62,192 nt of DNA, filler included, from Squatina squatina (GCA_031763465.1; 3 parts of 3 records of this genome joined end to end with filler, not necessarily neighbours in it); one strand, 5' to 3'; counted from the first letter of the whole stretch, positions 14,101 to 27,930 are shown. Made by a program: numbers and translations. The notes: a model not told the origin generated them from the sequence alone.

Positions 14101-17100
14101 NNNNNNNNNNNNNNNNNTTCCGAGGTCGCTCCACCTACACTCCTGTGGAGGCCCAGGAACACAATGCTGCAAACCTACAAGGTAAACTCGTATGGATCTT
14201 TCCGGCCGGAGGCCTGCGTCCGCGGGAAGGCTCTGACCGGAATTTCAGCTCCATTGTTTGTCTGCTGTAGTACTTGTGTGGCACTGTGATGCAATGGCTT
14301 TGGTTGAGTAGACCAAAAAGGACCAGGCCACAACAGACTACATTAAACAGCAAAATACTTACTGAACTGCTTGAATCTCTTTTTACAAATTCTTATATAC
14401 TCATTGAAAAGCTTTGCACTTGACATAAAATGCCAGTGAGAGGCAGATGAGGTATTGTGGTCATGGACTGCAGGGAATTGGTTGCTGTATCTCTCTTAGG
14501 CACTCCTATTCATATTATTTTTTGTAATTTGAACAAATGGGATGAATTTATGCTTTTCAGACTGCTATATCTGCATTCCAATAACAGTCAGCAGAGATTT
14601 GCCTTTATAATTTGTAGTTAAAAAAACCCAACTAAAATAGGAGTGTTCACATCCAGAGAAAAACATTGCCCAGTTCTCAATTTGCAGGAAATTGGCTGTC
14701 AGCCATTGTTGTACAACCCTTGCAAAATACAACAATGGCACAAAGACTCTCACTCATAGATAACTGACTAATTCTATTCTGAATGTGACCGTAACACCTT
14801 CTGGTGCTCTTAATAAAATTTTATAAGGCAAAATGATGTTTGGCTCACATAAATAGGACCTTGTTTATTTTTAATTCCACATTCATTGAAAAAAAATTCA
14901 AGGAAATAATTTAATGATTTAATCTCAGTGTTTCCACATTTGCATAGCATGACCAAATTATGGTTTAACAGCTGCCGAGACATACTGAAGAATTCAGAGA
15001 GGATGCTAATTTAATTGGGGTGGGGGCGGGTGGTTGGGGGGAGGATAAGAGGAGAATTAGAACTGTATTTTTGACCAGTGTGCTATGTAACCCTTGATTA
15101 ACACCTTCACAATGTCACATTTTCTAAGTAATGCAGCATTTTAAGTCGGGGAACTGGGGACCAGATACATGTGGTTCACTCAATAGTTTTGGCACATGTT
15201 GACTCAATCGTTTGAGTCCCCAAAAAGTGAGATCATGCCAGGCCACTATACTCCACCTTCCATTTCTTTGCCCTGATCCACTGAATCCTGGTTGTTTTGC
15301 CTCTTTTTATTCTTTAATTTCTTCTCTGTCCATGCTCCGCCCCGCCGGTCTTCTCTCTCTCCATCTTTGTCCGGACGTTTTTCTCCTTTCTCCTGGTTGT
15401 GCCTCTTGATCTCCTTTGCGTCTCTCTCCCTCTTTCAAGTCACAATTAATATTTAATAAAATATAATTATTGTCACAANNNNNNNNNNNNNNNNNNNNNN
15501 NNNNNNNNNNNNNNNNNNNNNNNNNNNNNNNNNNNNNNNNNNNNNNNNNNNNNNNNNNNNNNNNNNNNNNNNNNNNNNTTTCTACCATGAGAAAAAGTTC
15601 ACTTGCTTTGCACTGGTGCAAAGCTTTTTTGGAGGCATCTCACTTGCACCAACATTGGAGCGCCTTGGCAGTGCCCTGTTGCTCTTTTTGACACTCGTGT
15701 GCTGAAAATCTCAACAAACCATTGTTAGCAAAAGTACAGTATGAAGGCAGGTACCTCAGCTTTTCAGCTCTTTATAAAAACAAGATCATCTTTCCAATCG
15801 GCAGTCAGTTTCTACTGCTAGGACAAAAGGCAAAAATCTGAAACTTGTTTCATGGTCTCTAAAATTCATGACGTCAGCTCATCAGCATGTAATTCTGACA
15901 AAGTTTAATGATGCATGTTGCCAACACACAGAGCAGACATTGGTGCTTATGCAAATATATCAAAATTACAAACTGCAAATAGGTTGCATGGCATCGTGCA
16001 GTTTCAACTGTTAATAGATGTTCTCGGGATGCAAAAATTGTTAAATTTAGAGTAACAGTGTCCCCCCAGTAAATGGTCGAAATGTACCATGTGATATGTT
16101 ACGCAGCCATACAGTAGACTGTGTGGTAAGGCCAACTACAACTGACCAGAGACTAGGCATCCTGCTTCTGACCATAATTCAATGATCTTGTTGGAAATTG
16201 CACATGTGGATATTGGACGAGGGCACAATCTGGGTTGACTGCAAATCCCCTTATGGCCAAACAGCTTGCCTACACTTGCTGTCTAAACCTACAATAGAAA
16301 ACATCTGCGAGGGTAATGCATCAAAGAGGCACCAGAGCACAAGAAAATATACCCATGGATGGGTCATGATATTTAGTATAAGAGAAGGGAATGGCAGAGA
16401 GCAAAACAAATGACTGACAGATTAGCGTGGCAAGCCAGGTCAAAATGCTGTCTTTTGATTCCTGGTTCTTGGCTTGAATCCAGCCTGGAGTAATGTGATG
16501 AAAGTCTCCGCTCCCTGCTGACTGAAAGCATCCTAAATGTAATTAATTTGCACAGTCTCAATACAGTTCTGAATGGGCATTCATCTGTAAAACAAAACAC
16601 TCAATTATTTGGAACTAATTGGTGCTAAATTGTTAATCGGCCATAAGAATACCTTGTGTGGGAAATGACAGAAATGGTTCTGGGCTGATTTAACTTTATG
16701 CTTCCATCCTGTGTTTTATATTGATGCAGGGCGTGAGGTGAAAAATACTGTCTTCTAGATCTTCAACTTAATGAGCACAAAAAAAACATTCTAGAAGCAT
16801 TCTAAAAGGATGAAGCATGAAACTTTTTTTAATGCTATAAGCTATCATGTAATGGAATGTCAAACTATTTCAAGATATACACACACATATACATGCACTC
16901 GTCAATCTTCCACAACATGGCACTCAGAAGCATGTCTCTGTTGCTTTTGTGTTGCTGTTTCTGTCTCCGACTCTTTTTTCTGCTTCTCTCTTTTCTCTTC
17001 TTCTCTCCCCAAGTCTTATTTCTCTCTCTGTCCTCTGCTGCTTCTTGGTATCTTTTTCCTCTTTTTTTTCATTTCAGGCGGGAAATGGAGGGTGGCAAGA

Positions 17101-18059
17101 CAGAGTGCAATAGGAATGGGAAAGGAAGCATTTGGGGCAAGACTGTGGGGAAAATGTCGTCCCAAGNNNNNNNNNNNNNNNNNNNNNNNNNNNNNNNNNN
17201 NNNNNNNNNNNNNNNNNNNNNNNNNNNNNNNNNNNNNNNNNNNNNNNNNNNNNNNNNNNNNNNNNNTGACCTGGAGAAAAGGGAGCGAGTACTAATCAGC
17301 CCTGAAGTGGTTGACCCTGTTGCCCAGGGCAATGTCGATCCACTGACTGGTGACAATGGTAAGCGTTGGAGGAGTTACGAATTACCATCACTGCATAAAG
17401 CTACAATAATGTCTGTATTACCATTGTAGGCAGCCGGGAAGCCACATAGGTCCAACCTTTCATTTCAACCATGTCACGAATGTGTGACTTGTTGTTGCAG
17501 ATGCTCACAAATGATGCCAGCATGTCACGAGCACTCTTTCCCTGACAGGAGATATTTTACAAAGTCTAGAGGTAAAGTGACATTTTGGTAATTGTTCCAA
17601 GAAAACATTCAGCTGTATAGTTTCATTGTATAGCTACAGTGACAACTTTAGAAGATTAAAGAATTGCTGTTCTATGCTCCTGAGAATCATATCAAATTCT
17701 CCCTGTGACTCGCTCTGAACTTTTTCTGGCCAGATACAGGCCACAAATCAAGTTTATACTGATTATGCGACAAATAAGAATCTTGGCACACATAGCAGCC
17801 AACCTTTATGCCCCAAGCGTCATGTTTAAGATATTTAGATTCTGCTGAAGATGAACAGGGTCTGGTAAACTGGGGGACCCTGGAATGTAGAGCCCTACCC
17901 CAAGAACCACCTTAAGCTTACCCTTCTCTCTGCAGTCAAAATGTTCAACCAGAAGGCATTCAAGCCCACTGGACTTTCTCTGGAATAACCTGAAGGCTCC
18001 ATTGATGGCTTTTTAAAGCTTTCAAAATAATCTGCATTTAGTCATTGAAAAAATTGTTC

Positions 18060-18520
18060 CCATCATGCTAGAACTTTATAAATCACTGAGGCTGGTTAAT
18101 TCAATTATGAGGTGAGATTGTAAAAGTTAGGACTGTCCTCCTTGGAACAGAGAAGGTTAAGAGGTGACCTAATAGAGGTTTTCAAGATGATGAGAGATTT
18201 TGAAAGAGTAAATAGGAAAAAAAAAAATTCCCTCTGGCGAGTGGGTCAGTAACTAGAGGTCACAGATTCAAAATTATTGGAAAAGATCTGGAGGGGAGAT
18301 GAGAATTTATTTCACTCGGTTGTCGGAATCTGGAACACTCTACCTGAAAAAGTGGTGGAAGCAGATTCCATAAATAGTTTTAAAATGGAGTTGGACAGGC
18401 ACTTGAGGATTAGGAACTTACAGGAGTTATAGACAAAAAACGGGGATGTTCGACGAAGCACGACTGCTCTTTCTGCATGACGGGCCAAATGACCTTTTTC
18501 TGTGTTGTAAGCTCTATAAT
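18060..18520 (+). mobile_element. CR1 LINE 3' fragment
   Basis: LGLSSLEQRRLRGDLIEVFKMMRDF followed by IWNTLPEKVVEADS. Confidence 0.85.
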
Positions 18521-18617
18521 CAAAGGGACTCTCGAACAACTTGGGTTGCAATCTCAAAGGCAAGTTCAGCTAAACATGACTAGACAAGAATGACCCATGT
18601 TTCAAAAAGAAAAAAAA

Positions 18618-18928
18618 AGACTTGCTTTTATACAGCGCCTTTTAATGACCTCAGGATATCCCAAAACACTTTACAGCCAATGGAGTACCTTTTAAGTGTA
18701 GTCACTGTTGTAATGTAGGAAACATAGCAGTCAATTTTTGGAACAGCAAACTCCCCCAAACAGCAATGAGGTAACGACCAGATAACTTGTTGTGGTTGGT
18801 TGAAAGATAAATATTGTCCAGGGCACTGGAAGAACTCCTCTACTCTTCTTTGATAGTGTCATGGGATCTTTTACACCCACATGAGAGGGCAGATTTAATG
18901 TCTCATTGGTTTAACGTCTCATCCGAAA
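18618..18928 (-). mobile_element. DeuSINE (SacSINE1-like) fragment
   Basis: Reverse complement reads TTCGGATGAGACGTTAAACC...AAAAGATCCCATG...CAACAGTGACTACACTT. Related pieces lie at 26965-27290. Confidence 0.75.
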
Positions 18929-19459
18929 TTAAAGGCATTAATTATAGTATGGTGCTGCAGTGAAATTGTCTGAATGTGCTGTGCATTTGGGTCCTTTTAC
19001 CATTTTGCTCTTAATATATTTTTGGCCTCACCTCTTTCAAAATTAGGAATCTCGTAATTGAGTCCTATTTCTCCATTTTCGAGAATGTTTACATAAAACC
19101 TGGGGGCCAAAATTCATCTCCTGTTGCACCTCCGAAGGGTGCTAGCAGGGTGTAACATGAAAAAATGGCACCAGGATGCAGCCATCTCGCCTCTTGGGAA
19201 ATTCAGTTGTGGCGCAACTTTACATGTTGCCGGCTGAATTTGGCGGTGGGTGACATCATCAAGACGCACACTGACCCACATCGTGCAGCCACAACCCCCT
19301 TCGCAGCCCGGTTGCGTCCTGTGGGCGGAATTCACCTGTTGGGTGCGGCTGCAGCGTCANNNNNNNNNNNNNNNNNNNNNNNNNNNNNNNNNNNNNNNNN
19401 NNNNNNNNNNNNNNNNNNNNNNNNNNNNNNNNNNNNNNNNNNNNNNNNNNNNNNNNNNN

Positions 19460-20090
19460 CATTCTCAATCCATGCCAGTATATTACCCCTAATTTTGTTT
19501 AATAACTTCTTGTGAGGCACCTTATCGAATGCCTTCTGAAAATCCAAATACACCACATTCGCTGGTTCCCCCTTATCTACCCTGCCAGTCACATTGTCAA
19601 AAAACTCAATGGTTTGTCAAACATGATTTCCCTTTCATAAATCCGTGTTGACTCTGTCCAATCCTATTATTTTTTTCTAAGTGTCCTGTTACCACGTCCT
19701 TAATAGATTATAGCATTCTCCCTACTACTGATGTCGGGCTAACAGGTCTGTAGTTCCCCATTTTCTCTCCCTCCTTTCTTAATGGGATTATATTTGCTAC
19801 CTTCCAATCTGCAGGAACTGTTCCAAAATTCTATGGATTCTAGACGACGAGAACCAATGCATCCACTATTTCTATAGCCACCTTTCAAAACTCTGGGATG
19901 TAGATCATGAGGTCCTGGGAATTTATTAGCTTTCAGTCCCATTAATTTATCCAGTGCTTGTTTTTTTACTAACACTAATTTCTTTCAGTTCTTTATTCTC
20001 ACTAGACCCTTTGTTTCTCAAGTATTTCTGGGAGGTTTTTTTGTGTCGTCTTCCGTGAAGACAGACGCACAGTATTTTTTAAATTTCTCT
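19460..20090 (-). mobile_element. CR1 LINE reverse-transcriptase fragment (pseudogenised)
   Basis: VDKGEPANVVYLDFQKAFDKVPHKKLL and KLMGLKANKFPGPHDLHPRVLK, with frameshifts. Confidence 0.9.
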
Positions 20091-20802
20091 GCCTGGGCTG
20101 ATTTTTGTCTGATTCTATTGCACATTTCTTGAAGTTGTTTCAGTAACAAAAGTGGAAAACCCACCTGTTCAAAGTCAGGAATCTGCATTTTGGGGACCCT
20201 GAGGGTGCTGGGGCCATGATCATACAGAAAATAACTTGTACACCGACCTGTGGAATAGATTGAAATACTGCATGAGCAGAACACCATTTTCCCTGGTCAG
20301 AGAGCAATACAGAACAAGCCGTTTAACTGGTCTGATGGCTCCCATTTTGCTTTAAGCTGGTATCCGAATCAAACCAGTACCTGTAATATAACCACAGCCT
20401 TTACAAAATTCAGTCTGGGTGTGAGATTGCTACTCTGCCTTAATAAGCATGCCATGTAAAATCGGGGTACCATGCAGTGTTCTGTCAAACTGATAAACTA
20501 TTTAATATCATTTGAGTTGATTAACCATCCAGGAATTTTGCAACAGATACAAACAATTTTAGCTTTACCTAGCTGAGATGTTAAAAGCAAGAAACACCAC
20601 AAGTTAACATTTAATAATCTTCCAATATAATACAATTGCTGTGCTCTTGAAAGTGCCTTTTTTCACGTTGTCTGTTCATTAGTTCACTACTTACTTTGCA
20701 TTGTACAGTTGGCTACTGAATGGTTAATATCATTTCTTGATACTGCTTGGGTGTATTTATTCAGTAGACTGATGCTATTGGTTTGGTTTACTCAATTTTC
20801 AG

Positions 20803-21051
20803 TCCAGAGAACCGGATGCACAAAGCAGAGTGTGTGAATTGCTGAAGTACCAAGGAGAGGAGAAGTTACTGAAGGAAATGGAGCAGTGGTCCATTCCACG
20901 CTTTCCTGTTAGTGGCCATGATCTTCGAAGAATAGGAATAATTTCTGGAAAGGAAATTGGGACAATGCTGCAGGAACTTAGGGATACATGGAAAAAGAGT
21001 GGTTACCTGATGGATAAGGAAGAACTATTGAGTATTGTAAAAAATCCATAA
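20803..21051 (+). CDS. TRNT1: CCA tRNA nucleotidyltransferase 1, last coding exon
   Basis: Acceptor ttttcag, then [82 protein letters not shown], matching the vertebrate TRNT1 C-terminus. AATAAA at 21384-21389. Other exons were not found. Confidence 0.95.
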   Translation, partial: SREPDAQSRVCELLKYQGEEKLLKEMEQWSIPRFPVSGHDLRRIGIISGKEIGTMLQELRDTWKKSGYLMDKEELLSIVKNP

Positions 21052-21395
21052 AGACCTTCAACGGGTTTTGGAATGGATAGAAAAAGACTTACATTGAAAT
21101 CAATTTTTATTTTCCTAAAACCTTTGTATTGCATCTGTTGTCATCAACCTTAGATTCTTAATTATGTACATTTTTATTATATTGCATTGTTAATTCAGCT
21201 GTTTGCTTTTTCTGTCACTAACACCAATGGGAGTTAATTAGCCATTTGTATTATACATATTTATTTATGTATCTAACTATAATGAAAAAATCTCCACTCA
21301 TTCCAATGTGCTCTTTCTCTATTCTGATATGCAAACAATATTATATACCACAATGACTTGGGAAATTCACTTTAATATAGATAAATAAACATGAA

Positions 21396-21870
21396 GGGGG
21401 ACCAATCGGTGTGATTTCACAGCCGGGTAGCACCGAATAGCTGCGCTACTGGGCGTGAATTCAACGTCAAGGCAAAAATTTTTTAAAATGCTTTATTAGG
21501 CCTGGCTCCCTGGCGCCATTGAGGCCCCGCCTCCGGGGCCGCAATTGGCACCAACGTCGGATGTCACATCATCACACGCCGACCCTTTTGCGACTGCCCA
21601 CGACCCTCTTGTGCGCCACGGGAGCACCACCTCTGGATTTGGAGGCGGCCTCCCCGCGACGCCACTGGCTTTGGCAATGACAGGTTTGCCCTGTCATTGC
21701 CAAGGGCCATTAAAGGTGCGTGTCCTGTGCCAGCAGCTGCCATCTTTAAACATCGCCTGACATTATTTTCAGCCAATGTGTGGTGGCCAATCGTCCCTTC
21801 CAAAACCCTGAGCCCTTTTGCGGCACGCTCTTTGGCGTGCCGGCATACTTCCTCACCGGCTCCGGGGTCC
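21396..21870. repeat. GC-rich interspersed repeat, probably a Harbinger-like non-autonomous element
   Basis: Abrupt GC-rich island starting GGGGG and ending at a gap, like the other copies. Confidence 0.4.
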
Positions 21871-24800
21871 NNNNNNNNNNNNNNNNNNNNNNNNNNNNNN
21901 NNNNNNNNNNNNNNNNNNNNNNNNNNNNNNNNNNNNNNNNNNNNNNNNNNNNNNNNNNNNNNNNNNNNNNTTGCCCATTTTCTCCACTAGTTTCCACTAT
22001 TTTTTGTTGGTTGTTGCAAATGATAAACGTGAAAAGGATAGTTGCATTTACATCCATTCTAGTTTTAAATATTAATTAAATGCAGTATAGAAGCTTTTAC
22101 AAAAAAAAGGCCTCAATCATAAAATGCAGCACACCTTGCTCTCTCTTCTCCACCCACCAAATGAGCCTTGCACTCTGCTCCACTTTGTATTTTAGATACT
22201 TTGGATATTCTTTTGGATCAGTTTGATTACATGTCATGTCACAATTACCAGCATTGTTTTGAAAATGGTTTTAAATTCAACATGTCTTCCAAGAATAGAG
22301 TAAGATTTAAACGGACTGTTGCTCTCTGACTTTTAAAAAAAAAAATCTGCTTATAGCTTTACCAATTCAACATTTTTTAAACAAAAGGAATTGTACTGCA
22401 TAATGTTTCTATGTTATAAAACATGAATACTTTAATTTGTTCACTGAATATAAAATTATGAAAGTAGGTTAGCATCATAAAAGAACACTGCAAGATTCTG
22501 TTAAAGGTCCTGTCTCCAAAATCTGTTTAATGGGCTCAGTTGTATTGCAGTTCTTTTTAATTGCTTCATAAAGAATAATATAATTTCTTTCAAGAGAAAA
22601 CAGACCGCAAGCCAGCTTTACTGAAAAGACCACAGCTTCTCAGAACACTTACAATTATAAACAATGCTTTCAACTCTCAATTACCAAAAAAGCAGTAAAT
22701 CCCATTATTTACAGACTGTCTCCAAGAAAAATAGATCCCACCCTTTGTAATACCACTCACTTGGAACTAAATAATTTGCCAAAATGAAAGACAACAAACA
22801 GCACTGTAGTGCCTTATTAACAAGTTGATCATATCACTAATGCATTTTACCAAATTCCATTCAATTATTACACTTGCAATGAAATGCCTGCAGCAGATAA
22901 TTTTTGCAACAGCCTCAGCAGACTAATAACTGCAGATTTATTGAACAAAATTACAACTGAAGTTTTCATTAAGTTGTTACAATAATCTTGTTGCAGGTCA
23001 GCTTCCAGATTTATGCAAAATGATTTATCAAAAGGCATAATTGGACTACTTAATGTTTCCATGTTATAAAACATTAATACTTTAATTTGTTCATTGAATA
23101 TAAAAGTCAGTGAGCATCTTAACACACCAAGGCAATACTTTATCGCCTTATTTATTAGCATTTATGCAAAATTCAAATACCATGCCCTGTTTGCCCTCCT
23201 AACTGATTTGCTAACACCATCTCGCTTTCAAGACTAGTCACTGAATTAGTAGGGCTGATTTTGTGGAATTACTCCGGACATAAAAACTCGCCCATTGGGA
23301 GAAGATATCTGGACACTCCCCATAAACTACCACGAACGGATAGAAAATCATAAGAGATTGTACACCCAAATTCAAGACATACACTCCCAGCAGGGGAGGC
23401 TCCGCGCTAGGAGTGCAGATTTGTAAAATTGACCCTTGGGATTAAATGCTCAGCTTCCCCTTCCTACATTTGTTTGCACAAGAGCAGTGGGTGGGGAAGT
23501 AAGGCAATGCAATGAAGTTGTTGTTCCTAGTTAAGAAGCCAAAGATGCATAGCAAAATACTGTAAGATGGCTATTCACATATGGTATGGTCTTGTCCTGG
23601 AGTGTTCCTATAAAGACTATCTTAATGAATAACCCAGAACTCAGTCAACACCAAATGCTGCAACTAGAAGTTTGAAATATCACCCCGTTTAAAAAAAGAT
23701 GCATGATAGCCTAAACCTGCTGAAGGAGAAAATAAGTAATGCCTATGAATAGCCCTACCCTAACCGGTACAGCAAATTTTCCTTGGTACATTAAAACATT
23801 GAATGAGAGAATTTCAGCATCCTACATAAAAATACAGCTTACCCGTATTGCAAGAAATATTTTACAATAATGACCATCATGCTATTACAAAAGGTTTTTT
23901 TTTGTTGCAACCTGTTTTTTNNNNNNNNNNNNNNNNNNNNNNNNNNNNNNNNNNNNNNNNNNNNNNNNNNNNNNNNNNNNNNNNNNNNNNNNNNNNNNNN
24001 NNNNNNNNNNNNNNNNNNNNNNNNNNNNNNNNNNNNNNNNNNNNNNNNNNNNNNNNNNNNNNNNNNNNNNNNNNNNNNNNNNNNNNNNNNNNNNNNNNNN
24101 NNNNNNNNNNNNNNNNNNNNNNNNNNNNNNNNNNNNNNNNNNNNNNNNNNNNNNNNNNNNNNNNNNNNNNNNNNNNNNNNNNNNNNNNNNNNNNNNNNNN
24201 NNNNNNNNNNNNNNNNNNNNNNNNNNNNNNNNNNNNNNNNNNNNNNNNNNNNNNNNNNNNNNNNNNNNNNNNNNNNNNNNNNNNNNNNNNNNNNNNNNNN
24301 NNNNNNNNNNNNNNNNNNNNNNNNNNNNNNNNNNNNNNNNNNNNNNNNNNNNNNNNNNNNNNNNNNNNNNNNNNNNNNNNNNNNNNNNNNNNNNNNNNNN
24401 NNNNNNNNNNNNNNNNNNNNNNNNNNNNNNNNNNNNNNNNNNNNNNNNNNNNNNNNNNNNNNNNNNNNNNNNNNNNNNNNNNNNNNNNNNNNNGTGAATG
24501 CCCCAACGGGGCGGTAATGAATATCGGCCTCCAAATTCCTCTCAATGCTAACTTCCTATCCATGTCAAATGATCCTCCCCTCCAGACTTGCTCTGTATCA
24601 ACAAGACTAATGCACAGAGCATTCCTGATGAGAATGAAAGAAAATTGCTGATTTGTTTATTTGAAAATCATTGTCATATGATTGTCATATGATTGTAATG
24701 CACTTGTCTGTTTTTGGTGACAACTTTATCCATTTGCTTCGTGCCTCTCAGAAACGTGCACACACCCAATCATTTGGATCTCTGCCTAAATTCCCAACCC

Positions 24801-25370
24801 CAGAGTCCATGCAACTACTATTACAAAACAAGGCCTGATGTAGATACCTTTTCAGTGGATTAACTTTTCCCCTATGCTTAGCAGTTAACTGAATTTGTGT
24901 GTATTGCTTCAGATGTCGAAGCCTCCATTATCTCGGCAAGCCAAGCTTTTGTGTCACAGTATATAAACCAGTGAGTAGTTTAGGATCTAATTCTGCTTTA
25001 ATAACCCAAAAGTTTACTTCCTTCAATGCAGCATTTGTTGCGACTCCTAAGCCCTGCAGAAACTCAGACACTACTACATGCTTGATATGAATAAATCAGT
25101 GTTTAAATAAATATAATTCTTTTGATTAGTGCTCTGCATAAAATGGAGTGAAACAAATCAATACTACATAATGGAAAATGTCCAATACTGTCAAATGGAT
25201 GGTGCGGTGCTTTGTGATACCAACACTGAGCATTGCTAAATAATAAAGCTAAATGATCTGAATGAATTAGACACTGAGAACAGGGACATCTAGTATTTCA
25301 CTGTCTTCAATACAGTAACCAATAAATTACAAATTTGACACTGTAAAAGGCATTGTTAAATAAGAGATTA

Positions 25371-25529
<159 letters not shown>

Positions 25530-25544
25530 TTAAGCAGTGAATGA

Positions 25545-26049
25545 TCAGAATGGTTACAGCACAGGAGGCCATTCAAAAGCATTTCAGCAAGTCCCCCTCC
25601 CCTGCCCTTTCCCCATAGCCCTGTGTTTTTTTTCCCCTCAGATACTTATCCAATTCCCTTTTCAAAACCACGATTCAATCTGCCTCCACCACCCTCTCAG
25701 GCAGTGCATTCCAGATCCTAACCACTCGCTGCGTAAAAAAAGTTTTTCCTCGTCACCTTTGGTTCTTCTGACAATCACCTTAAATCTGTGTCCTCTGGTT
25801 CTCGAACCTTCCGCCAATGGAACCAGTCTCTCTCCATCTTCTCTGTCCAGACCCCTCATGATTTTGAGCACCTCTATCATATCTTCTCTCAACCTTCTCT
25901 GCTCTAAGGAGAACAATCCCAGCTTCTCCAGTCTCTCCACATAACTGAAGTGCCTCATCCCTGGAATCATTCTCATAAATCTTTTCTGCACCCTCTCTAA
26001 AGGTCTTCACATCCTTCCTGAAGTGCAGTGCCCAGAATTGGACACAATG
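25545..26049 (-). mobile_element. CR1 LINE 3' end
   Basis: MIPGMRHFSYVERLEKLGLFSLEQRRLREDMIEVLKIMRGLDR...SRTRGHRFKV. Confidence 0.92.
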
Positions 26050-26149
26050 NNNNNNNNNNNNNNNNNNNNNNNNNNNNNNNNNNNNNNNNNNNNTTAATTA
26101 ATTAANNNNNNNNNNNNNNNNNNNNNNNNNNNNNNNNNNNNNNNNNNNN
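26050..26149. other. Artificial scaffold-joining linker N44-TTAATTAATTAA-N44
   Basis: Palindromic 12-mer at 26094-26105 with stops in all six frames, centred in Ns. An identical construct lies at 43738-43837. Confidence 0.97.
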
Positions 26150-26241
26150 GGCCGTCGATGCCCGGTATCCGGGCAGTGGTTAAGATGCATTCATATTGCG
26201 GCACAGCAGGATCCCGGCAAAGTTTCAGGGTCCAGCATGTT

Positions 26242-26603
26242 TGGCTGCTGGGCAACAAAGTTTACACCTTGCAAACATGGCTCATGATACCACTTCGCAA
26301 CCCCCACACTGCAGCTGAGCACGCATACAATGAGAGCCATTCCTCAATAAAGAGCAATATTGAACAAACCATCGATGTGCTCAAGCAGTGATTCCACTGC
26401 CTTGACAAATCAGGGGGAGCATTGCAGTACTCGCCTGACAGGGTACTGAATTTGGAAGATCAGCCATGACCTCATTGAATGGCGGAGCAGGCTCGAAGGG
26501 CCGAATAGCCTACTCCTGCTTCTATCTTATATGCTTCCATGTTTCTATGGGTCTCCTTGCTTGTTTGCTGCACAACCTGGCCTTCCAGAGAGCACAGCCA
26601 CTC
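26242..26603 (+). pseudogene. PIF/Harbinger (HARBI1-like) DDE transposase remnant
   Basis: [33 protein letters not shown]...[28 protein letters not shown], then a CR1-type tail inserted at about 26450-26549, then CLLHNLAFQR. The GDxGY Asp is lost and there is an in-frame TGA. A terminus-like CAATTTCGGCCCC lies at about 26952-26966. Confidence 0.88.
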
Positions 26604-26964
26604 GAGATGAGGCAGGACCCACAAACCTTCAACAAACAAACAGACAGGGGGGTCTGAACATCCACCTCATCATGAGGGTTTGGAGGAGGCAATTGTTCAA
26701 TGAGCAGTGGCACCTGAAAGAGCTTTGAGCATTCAAGAGTGTTCTCTGTCAGCGCCTCCACTCACTCAGTTGTCAGCTCCTTCACTCTGCCATCAGCTCC
26801 TTCAGTGTGCCGTCAGTGCCTGAACTCAGCTGTTGGTGCAACGCCTGGCAAAAAGCAAACGCTATTGAATTTCGCATTTAAATAATGTCATTACGGACTG
26901 GCACGGTTTCAGCGCTAAACAGTGGTGCACTGTTTCCAGCATAGTGCTACCCAATTTCGGCCCC

Positions 26965-27290
26965 CTGATCTGGTCATTATCACATTGCTGTTTGTGGGAG
27001 CTTGCTGTACTCAAATCGCCTCCTGCGTTTCTTACATTATAACAGTGACTACACTTCAAAAGTATTTCATTGACTGTAATGCACTTTGGGACATCGGAAG
27101 GTCATGAAAAGTGCTATGAAAAGCAAGTTTTTTCCTTTTTTATTTCTTTTTAGTGATATTGGCTGAGGGCCAATGGTGGCTGTGGAATCTTTTACGCCCA
27201 AATGAATGTGCAGACCAGACCTCGGTTTAATGTCTCCTCTGAAAGACGGCACCTCCGACAGTGCAGCACTCCATCAGTACTGGCCCTGGA
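26965..27290. mobile_element. DeuSINE in two oppositely oriented pieces
   Basis: 3' part on + (about 26965-27130) and 5' part on - (about 27150-27290). Both match 18618-18928. Confidence 0.65.
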
Positions 27291-27443
27291 GTAAAGCTGC
27301 TGCTATGTCTTATTCCTTGTCCCGTTTCTGTGCTGCATTTTCCAATAGTCACTAATTCAGCTTAATTATATGTCCCAGGCCACAAGTCATATGCTCCTGG
27401 ACCCAATCCAAACTCTGAGTTTTTATGCTGTTAAATTTTGTAG

Positions 27444-27602
<159 letters not shown>

Positions 27603-27742
27603 TGATTCGGCTCGAGAGCTTCTCTCAATGTAGCATTTTGCACACCTCGAATTCTCTGATTACCACGGGTGAGATTTTGAACTTGCTCGACTGAAGCCGC
27701 AACAGTTCTTCCAATCATTTCCAAAATGTCCTTGGTTTGCAG

Positions 27743-27930
27743 AAAAAGTTCACGAAGAAATTGTCCAAGTTATTGGATCGGAGCGGTCTCCCACAGCTGA
27801 AGACCGTAATAACTTGCCGTACACCAATGCAGTGATCCATGAAATCCAGAGGTTTGGGGATGTTGTGCCAATCAGCCTCCCACATGAAACAACAGTGAAC
27901 TTAAACTTCAGAGGATATTTCATCCCCAAG
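27743..27930 (+). CDS. Cytochrome P450 family 2, exon 7 equivalent (ExxR motif)
   Basis: 188 nt between cag and gt, in phase with the previous exon. Encodes [63 protein letters not shown]. Confidence 0.93.

Noticed and set aside
17267-17358. DLEKRERVLISPEVVDPVAQGNVDPLTGDN followed by a gtaag donor, as a TRNT1 exon
   Set aside because: No TRNT1 similarity. It may be a Harbinger Myb-ORF piece, but the evidence is too weak to call.
23839-24651. Long ORFs spanning N runs (also 45413-46016 and 60816-61466)
   Set aside because: Their length comes from translated gaps.
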